Below are positions 21,729 through 31,892 of a DNA stretch of 64,000 nucleotides, in pieces; the stretch's first letter is position 1; every line of letters starts with the position of its first letter. The position numbers and the translations under genes were made by a program. The DNA lies in assembly GCA_038208115.1 (NCBI GenBank), contig JBBQZC010000002.1, forward strand, positions 55,233-119,232, read 5' to 3'. Below the pieces are notes generated by a model, which saw nothing but the letters and a program-made list of their open reading frames with translations, did not search any database and was not told the origin of the DNA. This DNA comes from Candidatus Moraniibacteriota bacterium. Its GTDB lineage: Bacteria; Patescibacteriota; Minisyncoccia; Moranbacterales; GCA-2747515.

Positions 21729-22217
21729 TCATTTTTGGACAGAATATGTTTTGCGAATCTCTACGCTACACCATAATATGGCCCATATTACGACTGGAAC
21801 AATACCCACCAAAAAATCATGTCTTGCTAGTGACACATGAATACCTGTAAATATAAAAGCAGGATATGCAAACAATTGTAGTTTTTTCCATCTGCTCTTG
21901 AAGTATATTTGTGATATGCGATTTGATGTAAAAAATGGGATGAGAAGTGCTAAAAGTGCAATATTGCCCCAGCCAAAGAGATTGGTGAAACTCCAAAATG
22001 TCCCGTCTAAAAAATATGTCGTAATAAGTTCACTGCCAATAAGATAGATCGTCACATGCAATAATGCAGCAAAACCACACGCAATACCCAAATGCTTTCG
22101 CAATGGCATCAACTGTCGCAATTTTTTCCAACCTGTAATCTTCGCAAGTGGTCGCATGTATAGAATAATGATAAGCAATATCCAACTTGCTTTGGCAAAT
22201 ATCAGATGACTGTCCAT
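21729..22217 (-). CDS. Ferric reductase-like transmembrane (MsrQ/YedZ-like) heme protein
   Basis: LRKHLGI...LLH, TSN...RWKKLQ...Y...H pattern; about 5 TM. Confidence 0.75.
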   Translation of the reverse strand: MDSHLIFAKASWILLIIILYMRPLAKITGWKKLRQLMPLRKHLGIACGFAALLHVTIYLIGSELITTYFLDGTFWSFTNLFGWGNIALLALLIPFFTSNRISQIYFKSRWKKLQLFAYPAFIFTGIHVSLARHDFLVGIVPVVIWAILWCSVEIRKTYSVQK

Positions 22218-22290
22218 GATAGAAGTTTATTTACAAAAATTATTGATTTCCTTATTGAGATACCTCCATTTGTTGGCTATCTTCCATGTT

Positions 22291-23610
22291 CTATTCTAGA
22301 ATCGATGCATATTTTTGCTTATTCTCATCAAATGTTTTCATTTGATCATCTGTAAGTTTTGCACCCTTTGGTTGCACGAGTGTAAGCGGGTTGATTGGCG
22401 TGCCGTCGAGCTTCATCCCATAATCGAGATGTGGCCCCGTCGACCAGCCAGTTGATCCGACATACCCAATAACTTGGCCTTGTGCAACTTGCACACCGGA
22501 TGCAATGCCTTTTGCAAAAGCACTGAGATGACCATAATGTGTCGTATATCCATTGTCATGCGTCATACGGATCATATTACCCCAGCCACCAGCCCATCCT
22601 GCACTATTTACCGTACCTCGTGCTGATGCGACAACTGGTGTGCCTGTCGGCGCGGCATAATCGATTTGATAATGTGCAGAGACCTTTCTCGTGATTGGAT
22701 GCATTCGTGCGCCAGTAAATCCAGACGTGATGGCACGATAACTCAGAGGTGCCTTGAGAAATTGTCGCTCCAAAACGTGACCCTCTCCATCATAATATCC
22801 ACCATTACCATCTCCTGAATCAAAATAATATGCGTAGTGTGCCGTACCATCATTAACAAATTTTGCCGCCAAGATTCGTCCGTCTGGTGCCTCATGTCCT
22901 TCACGTTTTCTTTTTTCATATACAAAATCAAATTCGTCACCTTCACGTATCTCCGTCGTAAAATCAATACTAAAAGAAAATATATCTCCCACTTCCAAGA
23001 CAGTTGCCTCAGAAAGCCCTGCTTCCAGTGCATCTGCATAAAAGAAATTATCGATTGTACCTCGCGCAGTCTCTTGTGATACGTCATATGCGATTTTCTC
23101 TTCTCGTGCGACAAAATTATCACCACTTCTTTCTACGATAATGATCGATTCTGTATTGCGATCATATTCCATGCGTACTGCACGCGTATCAGTAGTAGCA
23201 AAATAAAATCGTAGTGGTTGTCCTATTTTGATATGTGTAAAATCAAAAACATCCTTTGCTGCTTCGAGAAGCGCCTCCGTATCATTTGCATCAAATCCTC
23301 CCTCACGACTGAACACGTCTGCTGGAATATCACCCTCTGCAATTATATGTGTTTTCCCCTCATCTTTTTTTTGTTGATTATCACTTAGCGATACATCTTG
23401 TGTTATATGTGTCTCATCGGGTGAAACATCAACGTCAATTAGCGATTTATGTGACGTGCATTTTTTTATACCCAAAACAACTAGCGCGATGATCACACCA
23501 TAAAAAATCCATTTTTTAATGGATCGTTTTTTCTTCGGCAGATTAGGTTGATGTTCCTGCCCATATTGTTTGCCATAACGATGTAGACGAGCGTATTGTT
23601 GTTTTTCCAT
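22291..23610 (-). CDS. M23 peptidoglycan DD-endopeptidase (MepM/Csd3-like)
   Basis: HYQIDYAAPTGTPV, YGHL, GSTGWSTGPHLDY. Confidence 0.9.
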   Translation of the reverse strand: MEKQQYARLHRYGKQYGQEHQPNLPKKKRSIKKWIFYGVIIALVVLGIKKCTSHKSLIDVDVSPDETHITQDVSLSDNQQKKDEGKTHIIAEGDIPADVFSREGGFDANDTEALLEAAKDVFDFTHIKIGQPLRFYFATTDTRAVRMEYDRNTESIIIVERSGDNFVAREEKIAYDVSQETARGTIDNFFYADALEAGLSEATVLEVGDIFSFSIDFTTEIREGDEFDFVYEKRKREGHEAPDGRILAAKFVNDGTAHYAYYFDSGDGNGGYYDGEGHVLERQFLKAPLSYRAITSGFTGARMHPITRKVSAHYQIDYAAPTGTPVVASARGTVNSAGWAGGWGNMIRMTHDNGYTTHYGHLSAFAKGIASGVQVAQGQVIGYVGSTGWSTGPHLDYGMKLDGTPINPLTLVQPKGAKLTDDQMKTFDENKQKYASILE

Positions 23611-23745
23611 TATTGGTATTTATTGTTTTTTCAGAGTATTACAGAGCGTCATTATACCATGTACTACGCTATTTCTCCACTATTTCTTCCAAGAAACAGC
23701 ATCTTTTACATCAAAATCTCTTTATTTATGAGCAAAATTCAGTAC

Positions 23746-23835
23746 TTGACAAATTAATAAAATAGTTGTATAATACAGAGAAGTGAATAAGCTGTTCTTT
23801 TTACAAAAATTTTATTCCACGCAATGTGGAAAGGA
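23746..23835 (+). promoter_or_regulatory. Consensus promoter, boxA-like motif and SD leader
   Basis: TTGACA-17-TATAAT; TGTTCTTTTTACA (23793-23805); hairpin TTCCAC/GTGGAA; AAGGA. Confidence 0.7.
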
Positions 23836-23842
23836 AAACACC

Positions 23843-24226
23843 ATGAAAAAAATAGTGATAATTGCAATGTTAATCTTGGCTATCAGTGGTGGCATCACAA
23901 ACTCAGCCTCAGCTCATGATCGACACAGGTATCATGACCACAGACAATTTGCCGACGTGTTTACGGGTGCGCTGATTGTGACTATGGTCGGCAATACGCT
24001 TGTACGACCATGCCCGCCTCCGCGTCATCAGTACCAGCAAGAAATTTATCTTGATAACAGGTACTCCGAAATCGAACAAGCGCGCATGGAAGGTTACCAG
24101 CAAGCACGGCAAAGAGAACTAGAGGAGCGAAGATGGCGAGCAGAAAATGCACGTCAGCAAGCATTGGAGAACGCTCGCAGAGAAGGTGAACTCCAATATC
24201 AGAACCGAAATTATCGTCGATGGTAG
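23843..24226 (+). CDS. Secreted hypothetical protein
   Basis: Signal peptide MKKIVIIAML...SASA, His-rich stretch, coiled C-terminus; followed by a terminator. Confidence 0.7.
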   Translation: MKKIVIIAMLILAISGGITNSASAHDRHRYHDHRQFADVFTGALIVTMVGNTLVRPCPPPRHQYQQEIYLDNRYSEIEQARMEGYQQARQRELEERRWRAENARQQALENARREGELQYQNRNYRRW

Positions 24227-24249
24227 GTCTGAAATCAAACCACCATCAC

Positions 24250-24290
24250 AAGAGCCAAGTGAATCGCAATGATTCCTTGGCTCTTTTTTT
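24250..24290 (+). terminator. Intrinsic terminator
   Basis: AAGAGCCAAG...CTTGGCTCTT plus T run. Confidence 0.75.
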
Positions 24291-24394
24291 ACTTTACAAC
24301 TTTCTACTTTCTACTGATCCACTATCCTCTAGTCGAAAATCTATTTTAATGATATGTTATCAATAGATATATTAATAATTTAAAAAATATTACT

Positions 24395-24541
24395 ATGGCA
24401 AAAAAGAAAAAAGCAGTCAAAAAAGCAGTCACTAAAAACAGTTTTTTACATGATGCAAAACCAAGCGCTAACCCGTTCCTCGCTGGAGGCAAAAAATCCG
24501 TATCACTGCCCCCACAAAGACGATTTAGTCGTACAAAATAA
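24395..24541 (+). CDS. Small basic protein, 48 aa
   Basis: Not in ORF track: MAKKKKAVKKAVTKNSFLHDAKPSANPFLAGGKKSVSLPPQRRFSRTK*. Confidence 0.55.
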   Translation: MAKKKKAVKKAVTKNSFLHDAKPSANPFLAGGKKSVSLPPQRRFSRTK

Positions 24542-24675
24542 TATTTTTGAAAAATGAACTTAAAAAAGACTCACGGTAAAGCACTGTGATTCTTTTAATA
24601 TATTTTAAAAAAAGTTAAGGTCACTTACATTATTTGCAAGTGACCCGTTTTTTTTCATACAATAACCCGTAAATA

Positions 24676-24834
24676 CTACCCTTTCAGATCATCACGTGCC
24701 TTTTCTTTCGTGTCGCCATAGCCTTTATTGCCATCCTCATCTTCTGCAATCCAGCCACTCGGTTTCTCAAGAATACCTCCGAGAATTGGTGGGGTGAGAT
24801 TTCTCTCATACTTTATGTCATCATCGTCAGCCAT
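24676..24834 (-). CDS. Small acidic protein, 52 aa, HicB-like motif
   Basis: SD GAGGTG before ATG 24834; GWIAE...GYGDTKEKARDDL resembles the HicB GxTxEEA motif; TTGACA-16-TATAAT promoter at 24925-24952. Confidence 0.65.
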   Translation of the reverse strand: MADDDDIKYERNLTPPILGGILEKPSGWIAEDEDGNKGYGDTKEKARDDLKG

Positions 24835-25104
24835 AATACACCTCACTAGAAAGAACCTATTTCGAATAGCGGGTCGAAACATCCCGTGTGTTTCACCACT
24901 TGAAACACATATTGAATTTTTTTCATTATACACCTATGCAAATATTTGTCAATGATTGCTGACATTTTTATAAATTCTATTCAATTATCATTAATTTTTA
25001 ATGTGATTTTTAAAATCAAAATCAGTCATTACACATTTACAATTAATGATAATTTGTGCGAAATATTTCACGATTTGTATATTCACATTTTGCATCCATT
25101 GTAT

Positions 25105-25521
25105 TTATTCTTTCTTTTTCTGCATAATAGCAACGACACATATGGGGATGATAATCATTTGTAAAATAGGTGACAATCCCACATGCAAAAATGGGATAAT
25201 CGGCATCATCGGACCATATGACCATCTGCCAGCAACTAATGCATATTTTTCTATAAGAACTGCAAATATGAATCCAGTAATTGCAATTAGTAATATTCTT
25301 TTAAAATCAACTTTTCGATACATAAAAAAGTGTCCAAAAATAATTGATTCTAATAATAAAATTATGGATATGATCACAACATCACCCACGCTCGCTCTGA
25401 TGTGTACCATGATCAATCCCATCAGCCCCACATAATGTGGTCTGTACAAAAACGCTTGTGCAATCTCCCACACAAAATTCAATATAAATGCCAGTAGTAT
25501 GATATGCAAAATCTTTTTCAT
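25105..25521 (-). CDS. Hypothetical membrane protein
   Basis: 4 TM; LNFVWEIAQ..LY, GD, E...GRWSY...MP.IP...VGLSP. Confidence 0.7.
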   Translation of the reverse strand: MKKILHIILLAFILNFVWEIAQAFLYRPHYVGLMGLIMVHIRASVGDVVIISIILLLESIIFGHFFMYRKVDFKRILLIAITGFIFAVLIEKYALVAGRWSYGPMMPIIPFLHVGLSPILQMIIIPICVVAIMQKKKE

Positions 25522-25587
25522 ACATTCATTATACTAGACTATTTATTATTTACCCATTAAAATTATGTCGTATTGAATAATCGATTG

Positions 25588-26263
25588 GACGAAAATGCTA
25601 AAGGTATTGATAATTTCAGAAGCATGCGAGACTTATGGAGAAGATAAAAAAGTACACAAAAATTATTTATATTCTTTGACTCCGTCAGATCACACGATAT
25701 GATCTTTCGCGCGCGAGGATGATTGATTCACTCGCACAATCAGTACTTTTTTTGACAGCACGCGGGTTTGGTTTCGGATCAATCTTTCAAAAATCTGGTG
25801 GTGAAAATTATATCCAATTCATCCCACAGAGCATCATCGCCATGAGCATGTCCCTCACTGTCATGTTTACTGGGTGTGAAGCGATTTATGACAGACAATT
25901 CGGATTTCTCAAAGAAACACTCGTAGCACTTGCATCTCGTTGGACGATTATATTCAGGAGAACCTTTGGTGGAGCGACTGTCACTGCATTACAAGACACG
26001 ATTGTTTTTTTGATTGCACTATTGATCAGCTTTCGACCAGAGAACTTCTCTACTGTTCCGATAGTAATCATCTACATGATATTAGTTGCTAAACTTTTTA
26101 CAACATTTAGCACCGTCATCTCTCATATGGCATTGACGGCATCCACGATGTTCTTTCTGAACACATGCATTTCAATTTACAGATTGATCTGGTAATATTA
26201 TGTGTTTATACAAGTTTTATTTTAATCATTGGCAGTTACCTCTTTTCCAAAATTGAAGTTTAA
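25588..26263 (+). pseudogene. Decayed DrrAB-type ABC-2 exporter (ATPase tail plus disrupted permease)
   Basis: IIYIL*LRQ with TGA at 25677 where Trp is expected; DRQFGFLKETLVA motif; frameshift or deletion before the C-terminus IGSYLFSKIEV*; ATPase-like tail ends at 25647. Confidence 0.75.
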
Positions 26264-26307
26264 GAATTTTCTTGAAAAATATGATAATTTAGCTTACAAT
26301 ATCAGTA

Positions 26308-28662
26308 ATGAAGCTTGAAATAAAATTTTTAGTAACACTTTGTCTGCTCGCTGTTGGAATTGGAAGCGCAACATATTATGTGAGTCTGATAAACATACAT
26401 AAGTTGTCACAACAACAAGCTCTTGAATATGCAGATAGTATCGAAAAAAAATTTGAAAATCTTAAAGAGCAAGACATCCGGATGTTGTCACTGGGAATTA
26501 GTTTTTTTATAGCCGATGCAGACATAAAAGACGTTTTTTTGACCAAAGATCGCGATCAACTTTACCAAAAAACATATTCAATCTTTAAAGAAATTCAAAA
26601 AAATTATAATGTAACACATTTCAATTTTATTTACCCTGATGGTACTGTTTTTTTACGTCTTCAAGATCCTTCCACATTTGACGACATAATCAGTCGTCAA
26701 TCTTTTCTTGATGCTGTTTCATCTCACAAAATTGAAAGCAGTTTAGAACTGGGGAAAAATTCATTTGCATTGCGTACTGTCTCACCATATTACAACGATG
26801 ATCACTTACTTATTGGCTATGTAGAACTCGCAAGAGAAATGGGAAATTTCTTAGAATCATTAAAGTATGAAACTGGTGATGAATTTGTCATATACGGCAA
26901 AAAATCATTCCTCAAGTATGATGATTACATTGCGAGCATAGAAAGAAAAAACATTTCAACCACGTGGGATGAGTTTCCAGAAGATGTATCATTAGCTACG
27001 ACCACCTCATCAGATATCATGTCAGAATGTCTCAGCAAAACCAGTATCTCAGACCTCACCCAGAAAGATTCATCATATAAAGAGGTCCAGACTGCAAATC
27101 ACACATTTCTTTGTACCGGATTCTCTGTAAGAAATTCCAAAGATCAAATCATTGCAACAATTATTACTGCGCATGATATCACGTCAATCATTTCTACAAA
27201 TAAAAAAATATTCTTTATTCAGCTGTTTGTGATTACAATTATATTTATTATTTTTGTGATTATTTTTTACATATTATTACGCCATTTTGTCATTCGCCCA
27301 GTACGTGAACTGACTACCGCTTCCGCATCAGTCGCACTGGGACATTTTGACTATAAAACATCCTACTCGTCGTCAGATGAAATTGGTGAACTTTCCGCAT
27401 TATTTAACACAATGCTCCAAAAACTCAAAAATTATCAGGATGAGCTCACTAAAGAATCTCAAAAATTGCAAATGCAAGTAAAAGAAATCACATCAAAAAA
27501 TCAGCAAATTGATGTAGGCCAACATGCAACAGTACGCGCACTCGATGAAGCCAAAACAGCAAAAATACTGTCTGACGTACTTGCACACGATCTCGAAAAA
27601 TTCAAGTTAGCCGCTGATAGTACATCTGATTTTATTGTAATTACAGATTCTGATGGCAAAATCATATATGCCAATACTGCAGCGGAAAAAATAAGCGGCC
27701 TCACTCATAAGGAAATTTTTGACACTAATCACGCTGTGCAATATTTCTGGGGAGGATACACAAACAATGACGCGTATCAGAATATGTGGAAAACAATTAA
27801 GATAAAAAAAGAACCGTTTTCTGGAAGCATCAAAAATACGACAAAGTACAATACTGAATATTATGCAAAAATTTCAATTGCACCAATACTTGATGCATTA
27901 CACAATGTGATATTTTTTGTTGGAATTGGCAAAGATATTACTCAAGAAAAAGAAATAGACATGGCAAAAGATAATTTCATATCTCTCGTATCTCACCAGT
28001 TGCGGACGCCTCTCACGTCCATCAAATGGCTGATTGAACTTCTTCTTGATCCTAAAACCGGCAAATTAACCAAAAAGCAAAAGAAATTTCTTGATGCTAC
28101 GCACACATCCGCCAATCGACTTGCATTGCTTATAAGCGATATTTTGAGCATTAATCGTATCGAGATGGGTCGCATAACAATTATATTAACTCCTACAAAT
28201 ATTATTTCACTCACAAATGACATTATTTCAGAAATGGCACCGCAGTTCAAAGAAAAATTTCTCATACTTACTACACAGTACGAAGAAAATGTCCCGTTGA
28301 TTAGCACTGACCCCGTGCTCATTCGTCAAGTAATCATGAATATTTTTTCCAATGCAATAAAATACACACCAGAAAATGGCACAATAAAATTTTTAATAAA
28401 AAATGCTGATATGAATAATATAGAAATCAAAATTTCCGACTCAGGTATCGGTATTCCTTTTGAAGAACAAAAAAAGATTTTTGAAAGATTTTTTCGTGCA
28501 ACAAATGTACAATCAAAATTTACTGAAGGTACAGGTCTAGGACTATTTATTGCAAAAATGATCGTAAACATGTGTGGTGGTACAATTGGTTTTCAATCAC
28601 AATTAAATCACGGCACAACTATATGGTTTACTCTGCCTATCAAAAACAAAAAACATAACTGA
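26308..28662 (+). CDS. Cache-HAMP-PAS sensor histidine kinase
   Basis: 2 TM, periplasmic Cache-like domain, HAMP (DEIGELSALFNTM), PAS, VSHQLRTPL, NAIKYT, GTGLGL. Confidence 0.9.
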   Translation: MKLEIKFLVTLCLLAVGIGSATYYVSLINIHKLSQQQALEYADSIEKKFENLKEQDIRMLSLGISFFIADADIKDVFLTKDRDQLYQKTYSIFKEIQKNYNVTHFNFIYPDGTVFLRLQDPSTFDDIISRQSFLDAVSSHKIESSLELGKNSFALRTVSPYYNDDHLLIGYVELAREMGNFLESLKYETGDEFVIYGKKSFLKYDDYIASIERKNISTTWDEFPEDVSLATTTSSDIMSECLSKTSISDLTQKDSSYKEVQTANHTFLCTGFSVRNSKDQIIATIITAHDITSIISTNKKIFFIQLFVITIIFIIFVIIFYILLRHFVIRPVRELTTASASVALGHFDYKTSYSSSDEIGELSALFNTMLQKLKNYQDELTKESQKLQMQVKEITSKNQQIDVGQHATVRALDEAKTAKILSDVLAHDLEKFKLAADSTSDFIVITDSDGKIIYANTAAEKISGLTHKEIFDTNHAVQYFWGGYTNNDAYQNMWKTIKIKKEPFSGSIKNTTKYNTEYYAKISIAPILDALHNVIFFVGIGKDITQEKEIDMAKDNFISLVSHQLRTPLTSIKWLIELLLDPKTGKLTKKQKKFLDATHTSANRLALLISDILSINRIEMGRITIILTPTNIISLTNDIISEMAPQFKEKFLILTTQYEENVPLISTDPVLIRQVIMNIFSNAIKYTPENGTIKFLIKNADMNNIEIKISDSGIGIPFEEQKKIFERFFRATNVQSKFTEGTGLGLFIAKMIVNMCGGTIGFQSQLNHGTTIWFTLPIKNKKHN

Positions 28663-28690
28663 TTACACTGTACTTCTATCAATTATTGTT

Positions 28691-29077
28691 CTAGTTGTTT
28701 TGATTTGGCTCACTTAATTTATTTTTCACTTTTTCCAACAGATCCTCCAATGTCCAATCAGCTTTGATGAGATAGTCCGACACACCTCTTCGCACTATGT
28801 CCCCGACTTTACCCGCTTCACTCAAGTTTGTAAGTATCATTACATCAATATCTTTTGTTAGATCATTTTTAGAAAGTTGATTTAATACTTCAAATCCATT
28901 CATCTTCGGCAGAATAATGTCCAGCAAAATAAGACTTGGTCTATTTTCCAAGGCGAGAGCCAATCCATTTTCTCCATTATCTGCAGTCAATACCTCAAAT
29001 CCTTCTCCACTAAATTTTTCTTCAAGAGCCATACGAAGAGATGCTTCATCTTCGATAATAAGAATTTTTTTCATCAT
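28691..29077 (-). CDS. Single-domain response regulator
   Basis: IIEDE, LLDIILP, LTN, YLIK. Confidence 0.9.
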   Translation of the reverse strand: MMKKILIIEDEASLRMALEEKFSGEGFEVLTADNGENGLALALENRPSLILLDIILPKMNGFEVLNQLSKNDLTKDIDVMILTNLSEAGKVGDIVRRGVSDYLIKADWTLEDLLEKVKNKLSEPNQNN

Positions 29078-29167
29078 ACTGTTACATATCATTCTTAAAT
29101 ATTACCATAAGCACATTATACTATGAAAGCCCTGCTTTGTCTTTTTCAATAATTTGCATACTCCTTT

Positions 29168-30340
29168 TTACATACCTTTTAATGCATCAAATTTTTGCTT
29201 ATCACGTGAAAAATTGTCTTCCAATTTTTGTACGATGTTAGCGTTTCTTTTCCAATATTCCTGATCTGCATATAATTCACATTTTGCACCAGATAATTTG
29301 CTACTATGGATATCTAGCATCATTACAGCCTCTTCCTTTCGTAGCATGGTCATACATTGATTGTATTGACTCATAACACTACTCATATCATAAATCTGTT
29401 CGACAGTCCGTCCAATCTGATAATGTGCCTTTTTCAAAGCATTTTCATGTTTTTGAAAAACCATTTCAAATTCCTGTGCATTTTTTACTGAGAAATAATC
29501 GCCACCACCTGACTCAGCAATATTTTTCAGTTCTTGTTCATCCGCACCGCCCACATCAAAACCGATGACATTTGCTGTTACATTTAAACCTGAATTCCTC
29601 AGACTTTTTATCATTTCCACTGGCTTTCCATCACACGTTTCTTTCCCATCTGACACAAGCAAGATAATATTTTTGCCATTAACTGGTATTTTTTCCATCA
29701 TCTTTCCAGCACTTTCCAAAGATTGTGCAATTGGCGTCCATCCTGTTGCATTAAATTGGTCGATCTTTGTCTTTGCAATATGTGCATTTACAGGACCTAA
29801 ATAATACAAATCCTCAATTCCAGCACACGAAAGCGCTTTTTGACTTTGATTATTTCCTCCCTTATGTCCATAAACAATGATACCTAAATTAAGTAATTTA
29901 TCACCGCCTAATTGATCGATGTATTTTTTAGTGGCTTCCTTCGCTATATCAATTTTTGACCGACCATCAATCTGTTGTGCCATACTCCCTGATGAATCAA
30001 AAATAATCACAAGGTTATTTTTTATTTCAGTTGCAGATACGTCATCATAACTTCCTTCACGAATAGCACTCTGTGTGCATTCAGAAAAATCAAAATCATT
30101 CATTGCCAATACATTTTCATATGCTAGTTGGCATTCTGGATTTGCAACTGAGCTCATCGATGATTTCGCCTGCTCTGACACATCACTCTCATCAAATTTT
30201 TCCATAAATGATGTGAAAAAAGTTTTTTTACCGCTATCACCATCTTTATTATTTGTCATATAAAAACCGATACCCATGAAAATCGTGACGATTCCAATAA
30301 ATCCAATAATAATATAAGTGATAAAATTTTTTTTCTCCAT
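29168..30340 (-). CDS. Membrane-anchored VWA-domain protein
   Basis: N-terminal TM; MIDAS DSSGS, YGHKG, GWTP, SDGKETC. Confidence 0.88.
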   Translation of the reverse strand: MEKKNFITYIIIGFIGIVTIFMGIGFYMTNNKDGDSGKKTFFTSFMEKFDESDVSEQAKSSMSSVANPECQLAYENVLAMNDFDFSECTQSAIREGSYDDVSATEIKNNLVIIFDSSGSMAQQIDGRSKIDIAKEATKKYIDQLGGDKLLNLGIIVYGHKGGNNQSQKALSCAGIEDLYYLGPVNAHIAKTKIDQFNATGWTPIAQSLESAGKMMEKIPVNGKNIILLVSDGKETCDGKPVEMIKSLRNSGLNVTANVIGFDVGGADEQELKNIAESGGGDYFSVKNAQEFEMVFQKHENALKKAHYQIGRTVEQIYDMSSVMSQYNQCMTMLRKEEAVMMLDIHSSKLSGAKCELYADQEYWKRNANIVQKLEDNFSRDKQKFDALKGM

Positions 30341-30358
30341 ATATATAAATTTTTTTAA

Positions 30359-31030
30359 TTAAAATTCATTATCAGTATCACCACTATCCCACTTTTCCCC
30401 ATCTGCAGATATATATTCAATACTGCTATCATCACCCTCCCAAGAGTCTCCCTGGATATTTTTATAATTGATAGTTTGTCCATCATTAGCACTCTCCCAT
30501 TGCTCTCCATCCACACTCTCATATATTATTACTTGTCCGGTATTACTGCTTTCCCAACGATCACCTCGTGTATTTTTATATTCAATCACCTGTCCAGTAT
30601 TACTACTTTCCCATAATTCTCCATCTACACCAGCATATGTCAGAACTTGCCCACTATTAATATTTGTCCAACTATTTCCTTTTTTATCTATCACATCTGC
30701 ATCCGAATCAGATTTATCAAGCGTCCATTTTTCACTAGAATTTTTTCCAACAAACGAAATGTCCATCATATCTTCACTCCAGCACCCTCTTTCTGAACAA
30801 TATTCACGATCATGATTTTCAAAATCTGTGAGATGTGCAGATTTTCTTTCTACATCCCATAGCTTAAATTTTGCATCCCACGCTTCTATCACATCTTTCC
30901 ATCCCAGATTTTCCATTTCTGTTTTTGTTTCATTGCCAGCATATTTCCCCGTTGTAGCGAAGACGTTACCCCACAGCAATGTGAGCATCAAGATGAAAAA
31001 TCCAATTATCACTTTTTTATTTTTGATCAT
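30359..31030 (-). CDS. Secreted protein with 19-aa Trp repeats
   Basis: Signal peptide; about 5-6 repeats of GxxWESSNxGQxIxYxxxx. Confidence 0.75.
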   Translation of the reverse strand: MIKNKKVIIGFFILMLTLLWGNVFATTGKYAGNETKTEMENLGWKDVIEAWDAKFKLWDVERKSAHLTDFENHDREYCSERGCWSEDMMDISFVGKNSSEKWTLDKSDSDADVIDKKGNSWTNINSGQVLTYAGVDGELWESSNTGQVIEYKNTRGDRWESSNTGQVIIYESVDGEQWESANDGQTINYKNIQGDSWEGDDSSIEYISADGEKWDSGDTDNEF

Positions 31031-31202
31031 TATTGAAGTATTTTATTGATTACAGTTTTTAAGAAAAATGAATCTCTCATATATTCTTTTATATCTATAT
31101 TATTTCACATCTGCTTTTAATTGTAAAAGAGGACATACATGATTTTCGATTAAAAAACGACATTATCATTATAATAATGTCGTTTACTTCACAAAATCAA
31201 AC

Positions 31203-31892
31203 TTAACGAAAATAATTTTTAAAATCCATCAAGCACTGTGGACAAAATGGCTGACCTGTCCTTATGCGATCATTTGAATACTGGATCCAATCACGCGGTA
31301 CAGATAAGCCTTGGCGCATGATACACCGACACGTGCAGTGACGTCCAAGACTTTCTATGACATCATCAGTACGCATTTCTGGCACAAGTCCAAAAACATG
31401 TCCCATCTCATGCAACACCTCAGATTCGATGCATTGTGACCGCAACGGCTCAGCTAAATCGAGAAATCGATTGATCGACATAACTGTCCCAAATCCCTTT
31501 ATCGCAGACCCGATGACAAAATTGCATCCCTCATCATATATATCACTATTCAAGATCATGACATCATAATGCGACATCGATTCCTGCCATGGCTCTTGCC
31601 ATAGCTGCATGAAGATCTCACGCACATAAACCTGATGCTGATTCCGACTTGCCTGAAATCCTTTAGCAATATACCAATCAACACTTCGATACGGCACATA
31701 AAATCCATTGCTTTTGGTATGCCCGTCTGGATGTCGCCATATACCAGCACTGATAACACGAATTACCCGATTAACTCCAGCATAACGTAGCACAGCACCA
31801 ATTGCATGTAAGACGATTTTCATATGCGCACTGCTCATATTTTCTTCAAAAGTCACGATGATTGGTCTATACAGATTTGAAATGTTAGCCAT
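31203..31892 (-). CDS. Archaemetzincin-like (M54) zinc peptidase
   Basis: HEMGHVFGL...HCTCRCIM...FCPQC; SD GGGGAG; TTGACA-17-TATAAT promoter at 31978-32006. Confidence 0.75.
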   Translation of the reverse strand: MANISNLYRPIIVTFEENMSSAHMKIVLHAIGAVLRYAGVNRVIRVISAGIWRHPDGHTKSNGFYVPYRSVDWYIAKGFQASRNQHQVYVREIFMQLWQEPWQESMSHYDVMILNSDIYDEGCNFVIGSAIKGFGTVMSINRFLDLAEPLRSQCIESEVLHEMGHVFGLVPEMRTDDVIESLGRHCTCRCIMRQGLSVPRDWIQYSNDRIRTGQPFCPQCLMDFKNYFR

